A stretch of DNA of 64,000 nucleotides from positions 69,799 to 133,798 of the forward strand of contig JAVBLR010000003.1 in the NCBI GenBank assembly GCA_031553395.1, written 5' to 3'. Below are positions 39,801 to 48,885 of this stretch, in pieces. The translations under genes and the position numbers were made by a program. Source of the stretch: Bacteroidales bacterium (GTDB lineage: Bacteria; Bacteroidota; Bacteroidia; Bacteroidales; WRGA01). The notes beneath the pieces are model-generated. The model made no database searches. It saw only the letters and a list, made by a program, of their open reading frames with translations, and had not been told where the DNA came from. How positions within the stretch are numbered: the stretch's first letter is position 1; every line of letters begins with the position of its first letter.

Positions 39801-41250
39801 ATTGATTGAAACGAATACAAATCGGCTACTCCGCCTGATAAATCAAATATTGGATTTCCGGAAAATGCAACATCATAAATTGAAAATTGAGTTGGTGGAA
39901 ATCGCTCCGTTTGTGAAAGATGTTTGCAGTAATTTTGATAAAATAGCCATTGACAGGCAAATAGATTTCCAATTTATTAATCAAGTAGAAAATAAAGAAA
40001 TCTGGATTGATAAGGATTGTTTGGAAAAGATTGTCTTTAACTTGCTTTCGAATGCATTCAAATATACCTCACCGGGGAAGAAGATTTCAGTTATTATTAG
40101 TAAAAATAATAAAGGTATCTGCATTTATGTAAAAGACGAAGGAAAAGGTATAAGCCTAGAAAAGCAAAAAACACTTTTTACACGTTTTGCCTCTTTCAAC
40201 GAAGATAAGAATAATCCAAGTACGGGAATTGGGTTATCTATGGTGAAGGAATTATCCGATAAATTAAAAGCAAGCATTTCGGTCGATAGTTCATTAGGAA
40301 AAGGTACTACTTTTGGTATTTGTCTTCAGGATGGATTGGCTCATTTTGGAGATGATGTTGACGTTGTTATTAAAAATCAAAACCAAACAAGCGATGAAGA
40401 ACACGAAGATGTTGTATCAACTATAGGAACAATCGAAGACGAACCGGCAAAAAAGAACGAAAAAGCATCGGTGTTGATTGTTGAAGACGATGAAGATTTG
40501 CGATATTTTCTTAAGACTGTTTTGGAATCAGATTATAAAATTTATGAATCGCCGGATGGAATTGATGGTCTTGAAAAAGCACTAAAATTTATTCCTGACT
40601 TTATTGTCAGTGATATTATGATGCCCAAAATGGATGGTGTAGAATTGCTTCGAAACTTGAAAGATAATATCAACACCAGTCATATTCCGGTTGTATTACT
40701 AACTGCTAAAACAACGATTGAAAGTAAACTGCAAGGATTGGAATACGGTGCGGATGATTATATCACAAAACCATTCAGTGTCCCTTATTTTCGTGCTCGG
40801 ATTAAAAATTTACTTGAGCAAAGAAAACATTTGCAGGAGTTGTATAATTCTAATTTACAGATTGCAAGGAAAGATTATGGACCTCAAATACCTATGGTTA
40901 CATCACAAGATGATCTTTTCATGGAAAGAGTAATTCGGGAAATTGAGAAAAATATGGATAATAGCGATTTCTCAGTTGAAGGTTTGCATAATTCGGTTGG
41001 AATAGGAAAGACCGTATTCTTTAAAAAAATAAAAAGCCTTACAGGATTTTCTCCTATCGAGTTCATCCGTGATATAAAAATGAAGCGTGCGGCTCAATAT
41101 TTATCTACAGGAGAATATTCTGTAAAGGAAGTATCTTATATGGTTGGAATTTCCGATTCCGGTTATTTCAGAAAATGCTTTAAACAAAAATATAAGGTAA
41201 ATCCTACGGAATATCAACTGCAACAAAAAGAAAATGGGAGAAAATCCTGA
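36841..41250 (+). CDS. Hybrid two-component system (HTCS) sensor/regulator
   Basis: 1469 aa with periplasmic two-component-regulator propeller repeats (…GLPQNIIMDMLQDEKGFMWFVTWDGL…), a Y_Y_Y-like region, a TM segment, HisKA (FFTNISHEIRTPLTMI), HATPase_c, REC (VLIVEDDEDL...DIMMPKMDG) and an AraC-type HTH tail. Confidence 0.95.
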   Translation: MKQKTIVFLFLCLSFLSKASSLPPCYFVHYSTEDGLPQNIIMDMLQDEKGFMWFVTWDGLCRFDGYEFTSYKIYSENAYYMKNNRIDNVYEDKYGYLWLQSYDGEAHRFDPHTESFKGLQMVEGYGNFNFFRSKVKLTPSGKVWLLSEQTGCICVEDSILTTTMYNMENGRLKGKQVFDVFEDSKKNSWLLTDNGINMVSSKSGESTFFFAEQEYKNSLRQSFFCATEFDNEIWFGADNGRIWIYNQQSKAFRLLESGVSSGIIEIKQIPNNKILLVTSQNGFLLYDKKGQTFQYFNKTNYPDLLSNTIVSTYIDSHDNLWIETDYLGVSKFNLNIYSLKTFTVKLDGLNSIIFPPAFFVIEDVKGRIWVHPRGGGFSLYDSETDDLKPFHNNPKSIDFKFSNIAHSAYSDKQGNLWLCSRTHGLEKVVFDSNDFQIQTFDANQESAVSNDVRAIYEDKDGYRWISTKDEKLRVYDKQEHLLGHLQNDGNIGNGTPFVGTVYCLLQDKTGNIWIGTRGEGIYIARRKNTPHLSFQLTQYKKNINDIYSLTENSVYSIFQDKKDRIWIGTFGGGLNLIEKPDEEKIRFINHRNNLKNYPQEAGYRVRTITEDKHNNVCVGTTVGMIMFSSSFSSPENIDYKYYSRIPGNSESLSNNDILCIKNTSSGDMYIGTFGGGLNRVLEYDKAGFPTRFKSYTKREGLPSDVCFSIEEDEKRMLWISTENNLTRFNPKNEIFETFGEIKRQMKSASFSEASSLRTDQNEIIFGFSNGILSFFPNEINKNTFKPYIAFESFLLFSKEPGIGNNSPLSENIDDTEQLTLKHNQNFFGIKYAALDYVDPTNIMYAYILEGFDKEWNYVQKQRIANYTNIPKGKYVFRVKSTNSDGVWVENERRLEIEVLPSFWETAWAYLIYLLLFSLLIFVTVRILFVIYRLKDKVKLEHQISEMKLRFFTNISHEIRTPLTMITAPVDYLLKDKETPEKVKSQLKLIETNTNRLLRLINQILDFRKMQHHKLKIELVEIAPFVKDVCSNFDKIAIDRQIDFQFINQVENKEIWIDKDCLEKIVFNLLSNAFKYTSPGKKISVIISKNNKGICIYVKDEGKGISLEKQKTLFTRFASFNEDKNNPSTGIGLSMVKELSDKLKASISVDSSLGKGTTFGICLQDGLAHFGDDVDVVIKNQNQTSDEEHEDVVSTIGTIEDEPAKKNEKASVLIVEDDEDLRYFLKTVLESDYKIYESPDGIDGLEKALKFIPDFIVSDIMMPKMDGVELLRNLKDNINTSHIPVVLLTAKTTIESKLQGLEYGADDYITKPFSVPYFRARIKNLLEQRKHLQELYNSNLQIARKDYGPQIPMVTSQDDLFMERVIREIEKNMDNSDFSVEGLHNSVGIGKTVFFKKIKSLTGFSPIEFIRDIKMKRAAQYLSTGEYSVKEVSYMVGISDSGYFRKCFKQKYKVNPTEYQLQQKENGRKS

Positions 41251-41288
41251 GAATATCGTATTGAATTTTTTCGAATTTAATTGTAAAC

Positions 41289-41705
41289 GTGGATAAGCAG
41301 ATTATAGACAAATTGGAACACAGAGGAATAAAACCAACTGCTATGCGTATATTGGTTTTAGAAACCCTGTTGAAACAAGAATATGCAATAACGCTGAGTG
41401 ATTTGGAAATGCTGTTTGATAAAGCAGACAGAGTAACATTATTCCGAACATTAAAGACATTTGAAGAACATCGGCTAATTCATCATATCGATGATGGAAC
41501 CGGAGCGTTGAAGTATGCTTTGTGTGCAGATGATTGTAATTGTAATCCGGATGATTTGCATATTCATTTTCATTGCACCAAATGCAAGAAAACGTATTGT
41601 ATGCCGAATACAGGCATTCCAGAAATTCAATTACCTGTGAGGTTTCAGGCTGAAGAAATAAATATTGTAATTAAAGGACTTTGTGAGAAATGTGCTGAGT
41701 TTTGA
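41289..41705 (+). CDS. Fur-family metal-responsive transcriptional repressor
   Basis: 138 aa from a GTG start, ...LEHRGIKPTAMRILVLETLL..., with structural Cys pairs HCTKCKKTYC and GLCEKC. Confidence 0.8.
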   Translation: MDKQIIDKLEHRGIKPTAMRILVLETLLKQEYAITLSDLEMLFDKADRVTLFRTLKTFEEHRLIHHIDDGTGALKYALCADDCNCNPDDLHIHFHCTKCKKTYCMPNTGIPEIQLPVRFQAEEINIVIKGLCEKCAEF

Positions 41706-41737
41706 TCTAAGACTATATTGGTAATTAGGGAATTCTA

Positions 41738-43138
41738 TTAATATGCATTTTCTTCCCCACTTATTGCATTAACTACAGTTGTAAGTATAATTTTTATATC
41801 CAATAATATCGACCAGTTTTCAATATACCATACATCCCGTTCTACACGTCCTTCCATTTGGTCTAATGTGTTGGTTTCACCTCGGTATCCCGTAACTTGC
41901 GCCCATCCGGTAATACCTGGCTTTACCATGTGACGGAACATATATTTATCAATTAATTGGGAATACTCTTCCGTATGTTTTGTCATGTGTGGGCGTGGAC
42001 CGACTACCGACATATCTCCTTTTATCACATTGATAAATTGAGGCATTTCATCTAGACTCGTTTTTCTTAAAAAAGCTCCAACCTTAGTAATACGAGCATC
42101 TCCCTTGGTTGCTTGAAGTTTATCAGCATCTTTATTTACTGACATGCTTCTGAATTTGTAACAAACAAAATCTTCACCTTTTAATCCCGTTCGTTCTTGC
42201 TTAAAGAAAATCGGACCGGGAGATGATAGTTTTATTAATGGTACTAAAATTAAAAACAGAGGCGGATAAATAATAACAACAACTCCAAGTGCAAAGACAA
42301 TATCCAATACTCTTTTGACTGTTCGGTTACCCCTTTTAGCTAAAGGTTCCGAACTAAATTTTAATAAAGGTATATTGTCTAGAAATAATAAATCAATTTT
42401 TCTTTTTAGAATACGGCTAAAATCAGGAACGACAAAGAAATTTATCATATTTATCCGTGCAAAACGGATAAGAGGAGTGAAATTTTGTCCTGTTGTGATA
42501 GGTAATGTATAATAAATTTCATCAATTCTATTCTCTTGACTATATGTAGGTAAATCTTGCAAGGTACCTAAATAATTAGGCAAATTTACTTTCGAATCTT
42601 TATTGTTGTCAAAAAAACCTAAGACTTTGAATCCGGAAGATACATCTCCTTTCATTTCCTCATATAATTGTTTTGCAACTTCCCCGGTTCCAATGATTAC
42701 GACATTAATAAAGTTTCCACCTTTTTTTCGGTAAGTTTTTAAAATTAAACGCATTGATACTCGCCAGCCAATTAATAGCAAACACATGAGCGCAGAGAAA
42801 ATCAAACTAACCCATCGGGATACACCAATTATATTTAATAGAGCGAAACAGCTATTGACGAGAATGTAATGAAGGAGGACAATGTAGAAGGCGTTTTTTA
42901 CAATTTTTTCAACACCGACAACCCTGTCAACTAATTTAACTCCAAATATTGATACAGACACAGCATAACATAAGTTCGTTACTATCCAAATAGCTTTGAC
43001 ATTGTAGGCAACATCTGTTGAAAAATAGTTTTTAAAGATAAAATATACAGCAATCAAGAGTAGATTCAGTAACACGAAGTCACCGACTTTTACTCCAAAA
43101 GAAATAAACGGACCTAACCCTCTCTTAATTTTAGACAT
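41738..43138 (-). CDS. Undecaprenyl-phosphate sugar phosphotransferase (WbaP/WcaJ-type initiating transferase)
   Basis: 466 aa with N-terminal TM helices and the C-terminal bacterial sugar transferase motif ...PGPIFFKQERTGLKGEDFVCYKFRSM...DEMPQFINVIKGDMSVVGPRP. Confidence 0.9.
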   Translation of the reverse strand: MSKIKRGLGPFISFGVKVGDFVLLNLLLIAVYFIFKNYFSTDVAYNVKAIWIVTNLCYAVSVSIFGVKLVDRVVGVEKIVKNAFYIVLLHYILVNSCFALLNIIGVSRWVSLIFSALMCLLLIGWRVSMRLILKTYRKKGGNFINVVIIGTGEVAKQLYEEMKGDVSSGFKVLGFFDNNKDSKVNLPNYLGTLQDLPTYSQENRIDEIYYTLPITTGQNFTPLIRFARINMINFFVVPDFSRILKRKIDLLFLDNIPLLKFSSEPLAKRGNRTVKRVLDIVFALGVVVIIYPPLFLILVPLIKLSSPGPIFFKQERTGLKGEDFVCYKFRSMSVNKDADKLQATKGDARITKVGAFLRKTSLDEMPQFINVIKGDMSVVGPRPHMTKHTEEYSQLIDKYMFRHMVKPGITGWAQVTGYRGETNTLDQMEGRVERDVWYIENWSILLDIKIILTTVVNAISGEENAY

Positions 43139-44231
43139 ACGGGAATTCTTTTTTATAAACAGATAAAGTTTGGGATGCTATCTTATCCCAATTATACAAA
43201 TCCAAAGAGTATGGAACATCTCTTTTTTCTTCTGATAATTTTTCCATTAACTTTTGAGATAATTCTTCCCTGTTTCCAGTTTTAAAATAATCTTTTGCCG
43301 GAAGATTTACCGCTAAATTGGCAGGAATGTCACTAACTAATGTATCCAAACTAAAGCTCATAGCTTCCAACAAACAAATAGGCAATCCTTCATGGAAAGA
43401 TGGTAATACAAATAATCGGGCATTTGTATAAATCTGATTTAATTTTTCTCCTGTGATGAAACCAGGCAGAACTGTTCCTTTTTCTTTTGCTAAGGCTTCC
43501 AATTTTCGTGTGTATTCAGTTTCGTGCAAGGCTCCACCTGCAATAACTAATTTGTATTCTTTAGCTAAAGGCAATTTTGAAAAAACGTCTATTAAAATGT
43601 CGAATCCTTTTTCTTCAACGAATCTTCCTACAGTTAAAATGTATTTATCTTTTTTAAGCCCTAATCGTTCTATATAATCAGTTTGCTGAGATTTAACAGG
43701 AATATTAACGCCATTAAATATCAACGTAGCGTCTGTTCTATTGTATCTTATTTTTAGAATATTATTAATAACTTCAGAAATAACAATAATGCTATTAGCA
43801 TATTTAGCACCCATGTATTCGCCAGCCTTAAGTGCCGTTTTTGCAAGTTTTCCCCACTTTTGGCGATTGTAATCCGGTCCATGATGAGTCATTACAACTT
43901 TTAATCCTAATAACCGAGCAAAAGGAATCATTAGAGCCGGCCCAATAGCATGAACATGCAAAATATCTGCTTTTTCTCTCCAAGCATAACATACAGCTAA
44001 AAAAGTGTGAGTAATAGCTTCCAAACTTTTTCTTTTTGGAGCAAAAATATCCTTGAGTTTTACACCTTTATAACTTGTCACTTTATTATCAGACGTAACA
44101 TAACAAGACCTACGCACAACAGTTACATCACATCCCATTTTTACTAAACGAGGATAAAGTTCTTCGCAATGAGTTTCCACACCTCCTTGTATCTTCGGTA
44201 TTCCTCTTGTTCCAATAACTATAATCTTCAT
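43131..44231 (-). CDS. Glycosyltransferase (GT4-like, DUF1972-type N-terminus)
   Basis: 366 aa, MKIIVIGTRGIPKIQGGVETHCEELYPRL..., with a C-terminal ...PSFHEGLPICLLEAM motif. It overlaps the downstream transferase gene by 8 nt. Confidence 0.85.
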   Translation of the reverse strand: MKIIVIGTRGIPKIQGGVETHCEELYPRLVKMGCDVTVVRRSCYVTSDNKVTSYKGVKLKDIFAPKRKSLEAITHTFLAVCYAWREKADILHVHAIGPALMIPFARLLGLKVVMTHHGPDYNRQKWGKLAKTALKAGEYMGAKYANSIIVISEVINNILKIRYNRTDATLIFNGVNIPVKSQQTDYIERLGLKKDKYILTVGRFVEEKGFDILIDVFSKLPLAKEYKLVIAGGALHETEYTRKLEALAKEKGTVLPGFITGEKLNQIYTNARLFVLPSFHEGLPICLLEAMSFSLDTLVSDIPANLAVNLPAKDYFKTGNREELSQKLMEKLSEEKRDVPYSLDLYNWDKIASQTLSVYKKEFPYV

Positions 44232-44302
44232 TCAGTAATTAATCTTTTTATCAAAATTCTGATAATTAATGATTTAAATCGTATTTGTATGGTTTTATGA
44301 AA

Positions 44303-44310
44303 CAAATATA
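44303..44310 (-). promoter_or_regulatory. Candidate -7 promoter box for the GT operon
   Basis: The forward sequence CAAATATA equals TATATTTG on the minus strand, 72 nt upstream of the ATG at 44231. Confidence 0.3.
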
Positions 44311-44929
44311 AATAAATATAATACATTAACCAAAAGAGTCTTTTAAATCCTTAATTTGGGTTTTTAAATTTAAGTTGCAAAAGTAGTAATTTATTGTTGT
44401 TATGTTTCTATGAAAATTCTTAAAATGTAGATACTTTTATCATAAGGATAATTTATCGGCCTTGTTAAGGTTGCTATTTACCATGAATTAATTAAATTCG
44501 AAAATAAGCATAGATTCACGTTTTATTATAGTGGTTTTTATTGGTTGCCTGTGATAAACTATTGTGAGTGATTACATCCCCTTATGATAATGTAATATTA
44601 TGTAATTTTAACAAATGAAAATGTATAATTATTTTGTTTTTTATTTCTTATTATCAGTTGTTTATGTATTAAGTGTGAAAAATGTCATAATAATATAAAA
44701 ATGTATGAATTATTTCTGTTTTTATAGTCAATGATAAGTTTATTAAAACATTAAAGTGTAAAATATATTTTAATCTAATCTATGTGTTAAATTTATATTT
44801 TTAAAAATTCACATATATTATGCTATATAACATAGTACTTGCAAAGAGGATATATTGTTAATTTACTACCTTTACAGGCATTTTATCCAATCTTAATCCT
44901 TTTTATTAACATGAAAAACAAATTGTAAT

Positions 44930-46006
44930 ATGAATTTAAATTCAAACATGTTATCCGGCTTAAATAAATTAGATTTTCAGAAGTTAGTTGATGGAAAACA
45001 AACAGATTTATTTGTATTGAAAAACACCTCAGGAATGGAGGTTTGCATCACTAATTACGGTGCAAAAATCGTATCGGTAATGGTTCCCGACAAAAACAAG
45101 AAAATGGTTGATGTTGTATTGGGACATCCTTCCATTGATGAATATTTAACTTCTCAAGAACCTTATTTCGGAGCTATTTGTGGTCGTACAGGAAATCGTA
45201 TAGCAAAAGGCAAATTTACCTTAGATGGCAATGAATATACATTAGCGATCAACAATGGACCTAATAACTTGCATGGTGGATTAAAAGGTTTCAATGCTGT
45301 TGTTTGGGATGCTAAACAAATTAATAATCAAACCATTCAATTAACGTATTTGTCGAAAGATGGAGAAGAAGGGTTTCCCGGAAATCTTACCACGATTCTT
45401 ACCTACACATTAGCAGATGATAATGCCATAGAAATTGACTACAAGGCAACTACCGATAAGCCTACTATCATCAACCTTACAAATCATTCTTATTTTAATC
45501 TTTCCGGAGCTGGAGATTCGTATATTGGAGATCATTTATTGACAATTAATGCTGATACATACCTTCCAACCGATGATACGGCAATTCCTTACGGTAAGCC
45601 CGAAAAAGTAAAAGGAACTCCGATGGATTTTAGTACTCCACATGAAATAGGTGCCCGCATAGAAGAAAATTTTCAACAATTGATTTTTGGAAAAGGGTAT
45701 GACCATACCTATATTTTGAATAAAGAAAAAGATGAACTTTCACTTTGCTCAACGGCAGTTTCTCCAAAAACAAATATTGTAATGGAAACGTACACAACAG
45801 AACCCGGAGTACAATTATACACAGGAAACTGGATGACTGGCGAATTTGCGGCAAAAGAAGGAAAACATTATCCGATGCGTTCTGCATTTTGCCTGGAAAC
45901 ACAACATTTTCCCGACAGCATTAATAAACCGGAATATCCATCTGTGATCCTTCGTCCGGGAGAAACTTTCGAATCAAAGACTATTTATAAATTTTCTGTC
46001 AAATAA
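44930..46006 (+). CDS. galM: Aldose 1-epimerase (galactose mutarotase)
   Basis: 358 aa with ...GRTGNRIAKGKFTLDGNEYTLAINNGPNNLHGG... and ...FCLETQHFPDS... motifs. Confidence 0.92.
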   Translation: MNLNSNMLSGLNKLDFQKLVDGKQTDLFVLKNTSGMEVCITNYGAKIVSVMVPDKNKKMVDVVLGHPSIDEYLTSQEPYFGAICGRTGNRIAKGKFTLDGNEYTLAINNGPNNLHGGLKGFNAVVWDAKQINNQTIQLTYLSKDGEEGFPGNLTTILTYTLADDNAIEIDYKATTDKPTIINLTNHSYFNLSGAGDSYIGDHLLTINADTYLPTDDTAIPYGKPEKVKGTPMDFSTPHEIGARIEENFQQLIFGKGYDHTYILNKEKDELSLCSTAVSPKTNIVMETYTTEPGVQLYTGNWMTGEFAAKEGKHYPMRSAFCLETQHFPDSINKPEYPSVILRPGETFESKTIYKFSVK

Positions 46007-46047
46007 TTCATAATCCAATATCAATTTTAAAAAATAACATTTTTATC

Positions 46048-47505
46048 ATGGAACAGAAACAAAAAAGTTACGCATTGCCTATTGCAATGATGTTCGCTCT
46101 TTTCTTTATGATTGCTTTTGTTACAGGGTTACCCAGTCCGATGGGGGTAATTGTGGCAAAGCAATTTGGAGCTTCCAATTTTGAATCCCAACTTGGATTC
46201 TTTGCAAATTTCTTAGCTTATGCCTTTATGGGAATTCCTGCAGGGTTAATGCTAAAAAAGATTGGTTACAAAAAAACGGCTTTAGCAGCAATTGTTGTAG
46301 GCTTTGTTGGAGTAGGTGTACAATACCTTTCCGGAGCTGTTGGTAGTTTTTCCGTTTATTTAACAGGTGCTTTTATCTCTGGATTCTCTATGTGTATGTT
46401 GAATACAGTAGTAAATCCAATGTTAAACACACTTGGAGGCGAAGGAAAAAAAGGAAATCAATTATTGCAATTCGGAGGTTCTATCAATTCAATCGCAGCG
46501 ACTATCACTCCAATGCTTGTTGGATATTTGATGGGAGCAGAAGCCGGACGTACCATTGAAAAAGCCAATCCGGCATTATTTTTGGCGATGGGTATTTTTG
46601 CATTGGCATTTATCGTTCTTTCATTTGTGAAAATTCCGGAACCTCATGTTGAAGTGGAAAAAAAGGATACTCCAAAAATAAAAGACAAATACAGTCCTCT
46701 TTCATTCCGTCACTTTGTTTTAGGTATAATTGCGATTTTTGTATACGTAGGTGTTGAAATTGGTATCCCAAGTACAGCAAACTTATACATGACAACTTTT
46801 ACAGAAGAAACAGCTATTCAGAAAATAGACGAATACAATAAGCAACAAGCGGATGCAGATTATCTTGCTTCATTAAAAACTGTGGATGATGCCAATAAGG
46901 AAACAAAGGGTTACGCACCGAAAGTTATCGATAAGAGTTCGTATGAAAAAGCGGTAAAAGTAAAAGAAGGAAAGCTTAATCCGGGATTAGGCATCGATGC
47001 AGGAATAGCAGGATTTATCGTTGGTATTTATTGGTTCTTAATGTTAGTAGGCCGTTTACTTGGTGGTGCGCTTGGAGCGAAATTCTCCAGTAGAAGCATG
47101 ATGATTTTTGTTTCAACATTAGGATGTATTCTTTTATTGTTGGCAATATTTATCGATCCGAAAGCAAGCACTATTAATATTTCGGGATTGGTCGGAGGTT
47201 CAGGTGTTGTAAATGTTCCTATCAATATTATTTTTATTATTCTTTGTGGATTGTGTACATCGGTAATGTGGGGCGGAATATTTAACCTTGCAGTCGAAGG
47301 ATTAGGAAAATATGTAGCTGCAGCATCCGGTATTTTCATGGTAATGGTGTGTGGTGGAGGTATCGTTCCTTTGATTCAAGGATTTGTTGCCGATAATGCA
47401 GGATATCTAACCAGTTACTGGGTAATGTTTATTTGCGTGGCATATATGTTATATTATGCAGTGATTGGATGCAAGAATGTAAATAAAGACATTCCTGTTA
47501 ATTAA
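46048..47505 (+). CDS. MFS glucose/galactose (FucP/GluP family) transporter
   Basis: 485 aa with 12 hydrophobic segments, placed between galM and galK. It has a long hydrophilic central loop (about residues 250-320). Confidence 0.85.
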   Translation: MEQKQKSYALPIAMMFALFFMIAFVTGLPSPMGVIVAKQFGASNFESQLGFFANFLAYAFMGIPAGLMLKKIGYKKTALAAIVVGFVGVGVQYLSGAVGSFSVYLTGAFISGFSMCMLNTVVNPMLNTLGGEGKKGNQLLQFGGSINSIAATITPMLVGYLMGAEAGRTIEKANPALFLAMGIFALAFIVLSFVKIPEPHVEVEKKDTPKIKDKYSPLSFRHFVLGIIAIFVYVGVEIGIPSTANLYMTTFTEETAIQKIDEYNKQQADADYLASLKTVDDANKETKGYAPKVIDKSSYEKAVKVKEGKLNPGLGIDAGIAGFIVGIYWFLMLVGRLLGGALGAKFSSRSMMIFVSTLGCILLLLAIFIDPKASTINISGLVGGSGVVNVPINIIFIILCGLCTSVMWGGIFNLAVEGLGKYVAAASGIFMVMVCGGGIVPLIQGFVADNAGYLTSYWVMFICVAYMLYYAVIGCKNVNKDIPVN

Positions 47506-47659
47506 TCTTATAGCAATTATCTTCGCGCAATTATTGCAATTAGTTGTGCGAAGTTTAATGAAATTAAAACTTATAACTTAATACTTAACTATTATTAAAC
47601 CCATTTGAATCTCTCGTCTTGTTCTCTTTGAGGAATTCAAAACAAACTAAAAAAATAAC

Positions 47660-48808
47660 ATGGATATTTACGAAATTCGAAAAAAATTCAGAGAATTATT
47701 TAAAACAGAAGGTGTTGTTTATGCATCTCCCGGCCGTATTAATTTAATTGGCGAACATACTGATTACAATGGTGGTTTCGTTCTTCCCGGCGCTATCGAT
47801 AAAGGTATGGTAGCTGAAATTAAGCCGAATAATACTGATAGAATCCGTGCTTTCTCAATGGATTATGATGAAATGTGCGAATTTGGAATGAGTGAAAAAG
47901 ACCTTCCTGAAAAAGGTTGGGCAAAATACATTTTTGGTGTTGTTCGTGAGATGGAAAAAAGAGGATACAAAGTAAGTGGCTTTGATGCTGTTTTTGCCGG
48001 TGATGTTCCTCTTGGTGCTGGATTGTCATCCTCTGCAGCTCTCGAAAGCACTTTTGCATTTGCATTGAATGATATTTTTTATTTGAATATTGATAAATTC
48101 GAATTGGCAAAAATAGGTCAATCTACAGAACACAATTATGTTGGTGTTAAGTGTGGTATTATGGACCAGTTTGTATCTTTATTCGGTAAAAAAGGCCATT
48201 TGATTAAGTTGGATTGCCGCTCACTGGAATACGAATATGAACCATTCGATCCAAAAGGTTACAAAATGGTTTTAATTGATTCGGTTGTAAAGCATGAATT
48301 GGCTTCTTCTGCTTATAACAAAAGACGTGAATCGTGTGAAAGAGCGGTTGCTGCTATTCAAAAAAATCATCCGAATGTAGAATTACTTCGTGATGCAAAT
48401 ATGAATATGCTTAAAGAAGTAAAAAGTGTTATTTCGGAAGAAGATTACATGCGTGCTGAATATGTAATTGAAGAAATTCAACGTTTATTGGACGCTTGTG
48501 ATGCCTTGAAGAAAGGTGATTATGAAACCGTTGGGCAAAAAATGTACGAAACACATCATGGCATGAGCAAATTATATGAAGTAAGTTGTGAAGAACTTGA
48601 TTTCTTGAATGATTGTGCTAAGAAAAACGGTGTTACCGGTTCTCGCGTAATGGGAGGCGGATTTGGCGGTTGTACTATCAACATGGTGAAAGAAGAATTG
48701 TATGATGCGTTTATTGCAGATGCTGTTTCCTCATTCAAAGCAAAATTCGGAAAAGAACCTAAAATTTATGATGTTGTTATCAGTGACGGAGCAAGAAGAA
48801 TCGCTTAA
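47660..48808 (+). CDS. galK: Galactokinase
   Basis: 382 aa with the galactokinase signature GRINLIGEHTDYNGG and the GHMP motif PLGAGLSSSAA. Confidence 0.96.
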   Translation: MDIYEIRKKFRELFKTEGVVYASPGRINLIGEHTDYNGGFVLPGAIDKGMVAEIKPNNTDRIRAFSMDYDEMCEFGMSEKDLPEKGWAKYIFGVVREMEKRGYKVSGFDAVFAGDVPLGAGLSSSAALESTFAFALNDIFYLNIDKFELAKIGQSTEHNYVGVKCGIMDQFVSLFGKKGHLIKLDCRSLEYEYEPFDPKGYKMVLIDSVVKHELASSAYNKRRESCERAVAAIQKNHPNVELLRDANMNMLKEVKSVISEEDYMRAEYVIEEIQRLLDACDALKKGDYETVGQKMYETHHGMSKLYEVSCEELDFLNDCAKKNGVTGSRVMGGGFGGCTINMVKEELYDAFIADAVSSFKAKFGKEPKIYDVVISDGARRIA

Positions 48809-48831
48809 TTACAGAAACAATTTAAAAATAG

Positions 48832-48867
48832 AAAACTGCTGAAGGTTTATCCTGTCAGCAGTTTTTT
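48832..48867. terminator. Bidirectional terminator between galK and mutL
   Basis: AAAACTGCTGA (48832-48842) pairs with TCAGCAGTTTT (48855-48865), followed by Ts. Confidence 0.7.
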
Positions 48868-48885
48868 GTTATTCTAATAGTTGGT

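Noticed and set aside
44437-44590. 11-bp inverted repeat (TTATCATAAGG / CCTTATGATAA) flanking about 130 bp upstream of the glycosyltransferase unit, considered as an invertible promoter
   Set aside because: The arms are shorter than typical Bacteroidales invertible-promoter IRs, and no site-specific recombinase gene is nearby. An 11-bp match is plausible by chance in 700 nt of AT-rich DNA. It would need read-pair evidence of both orientations.
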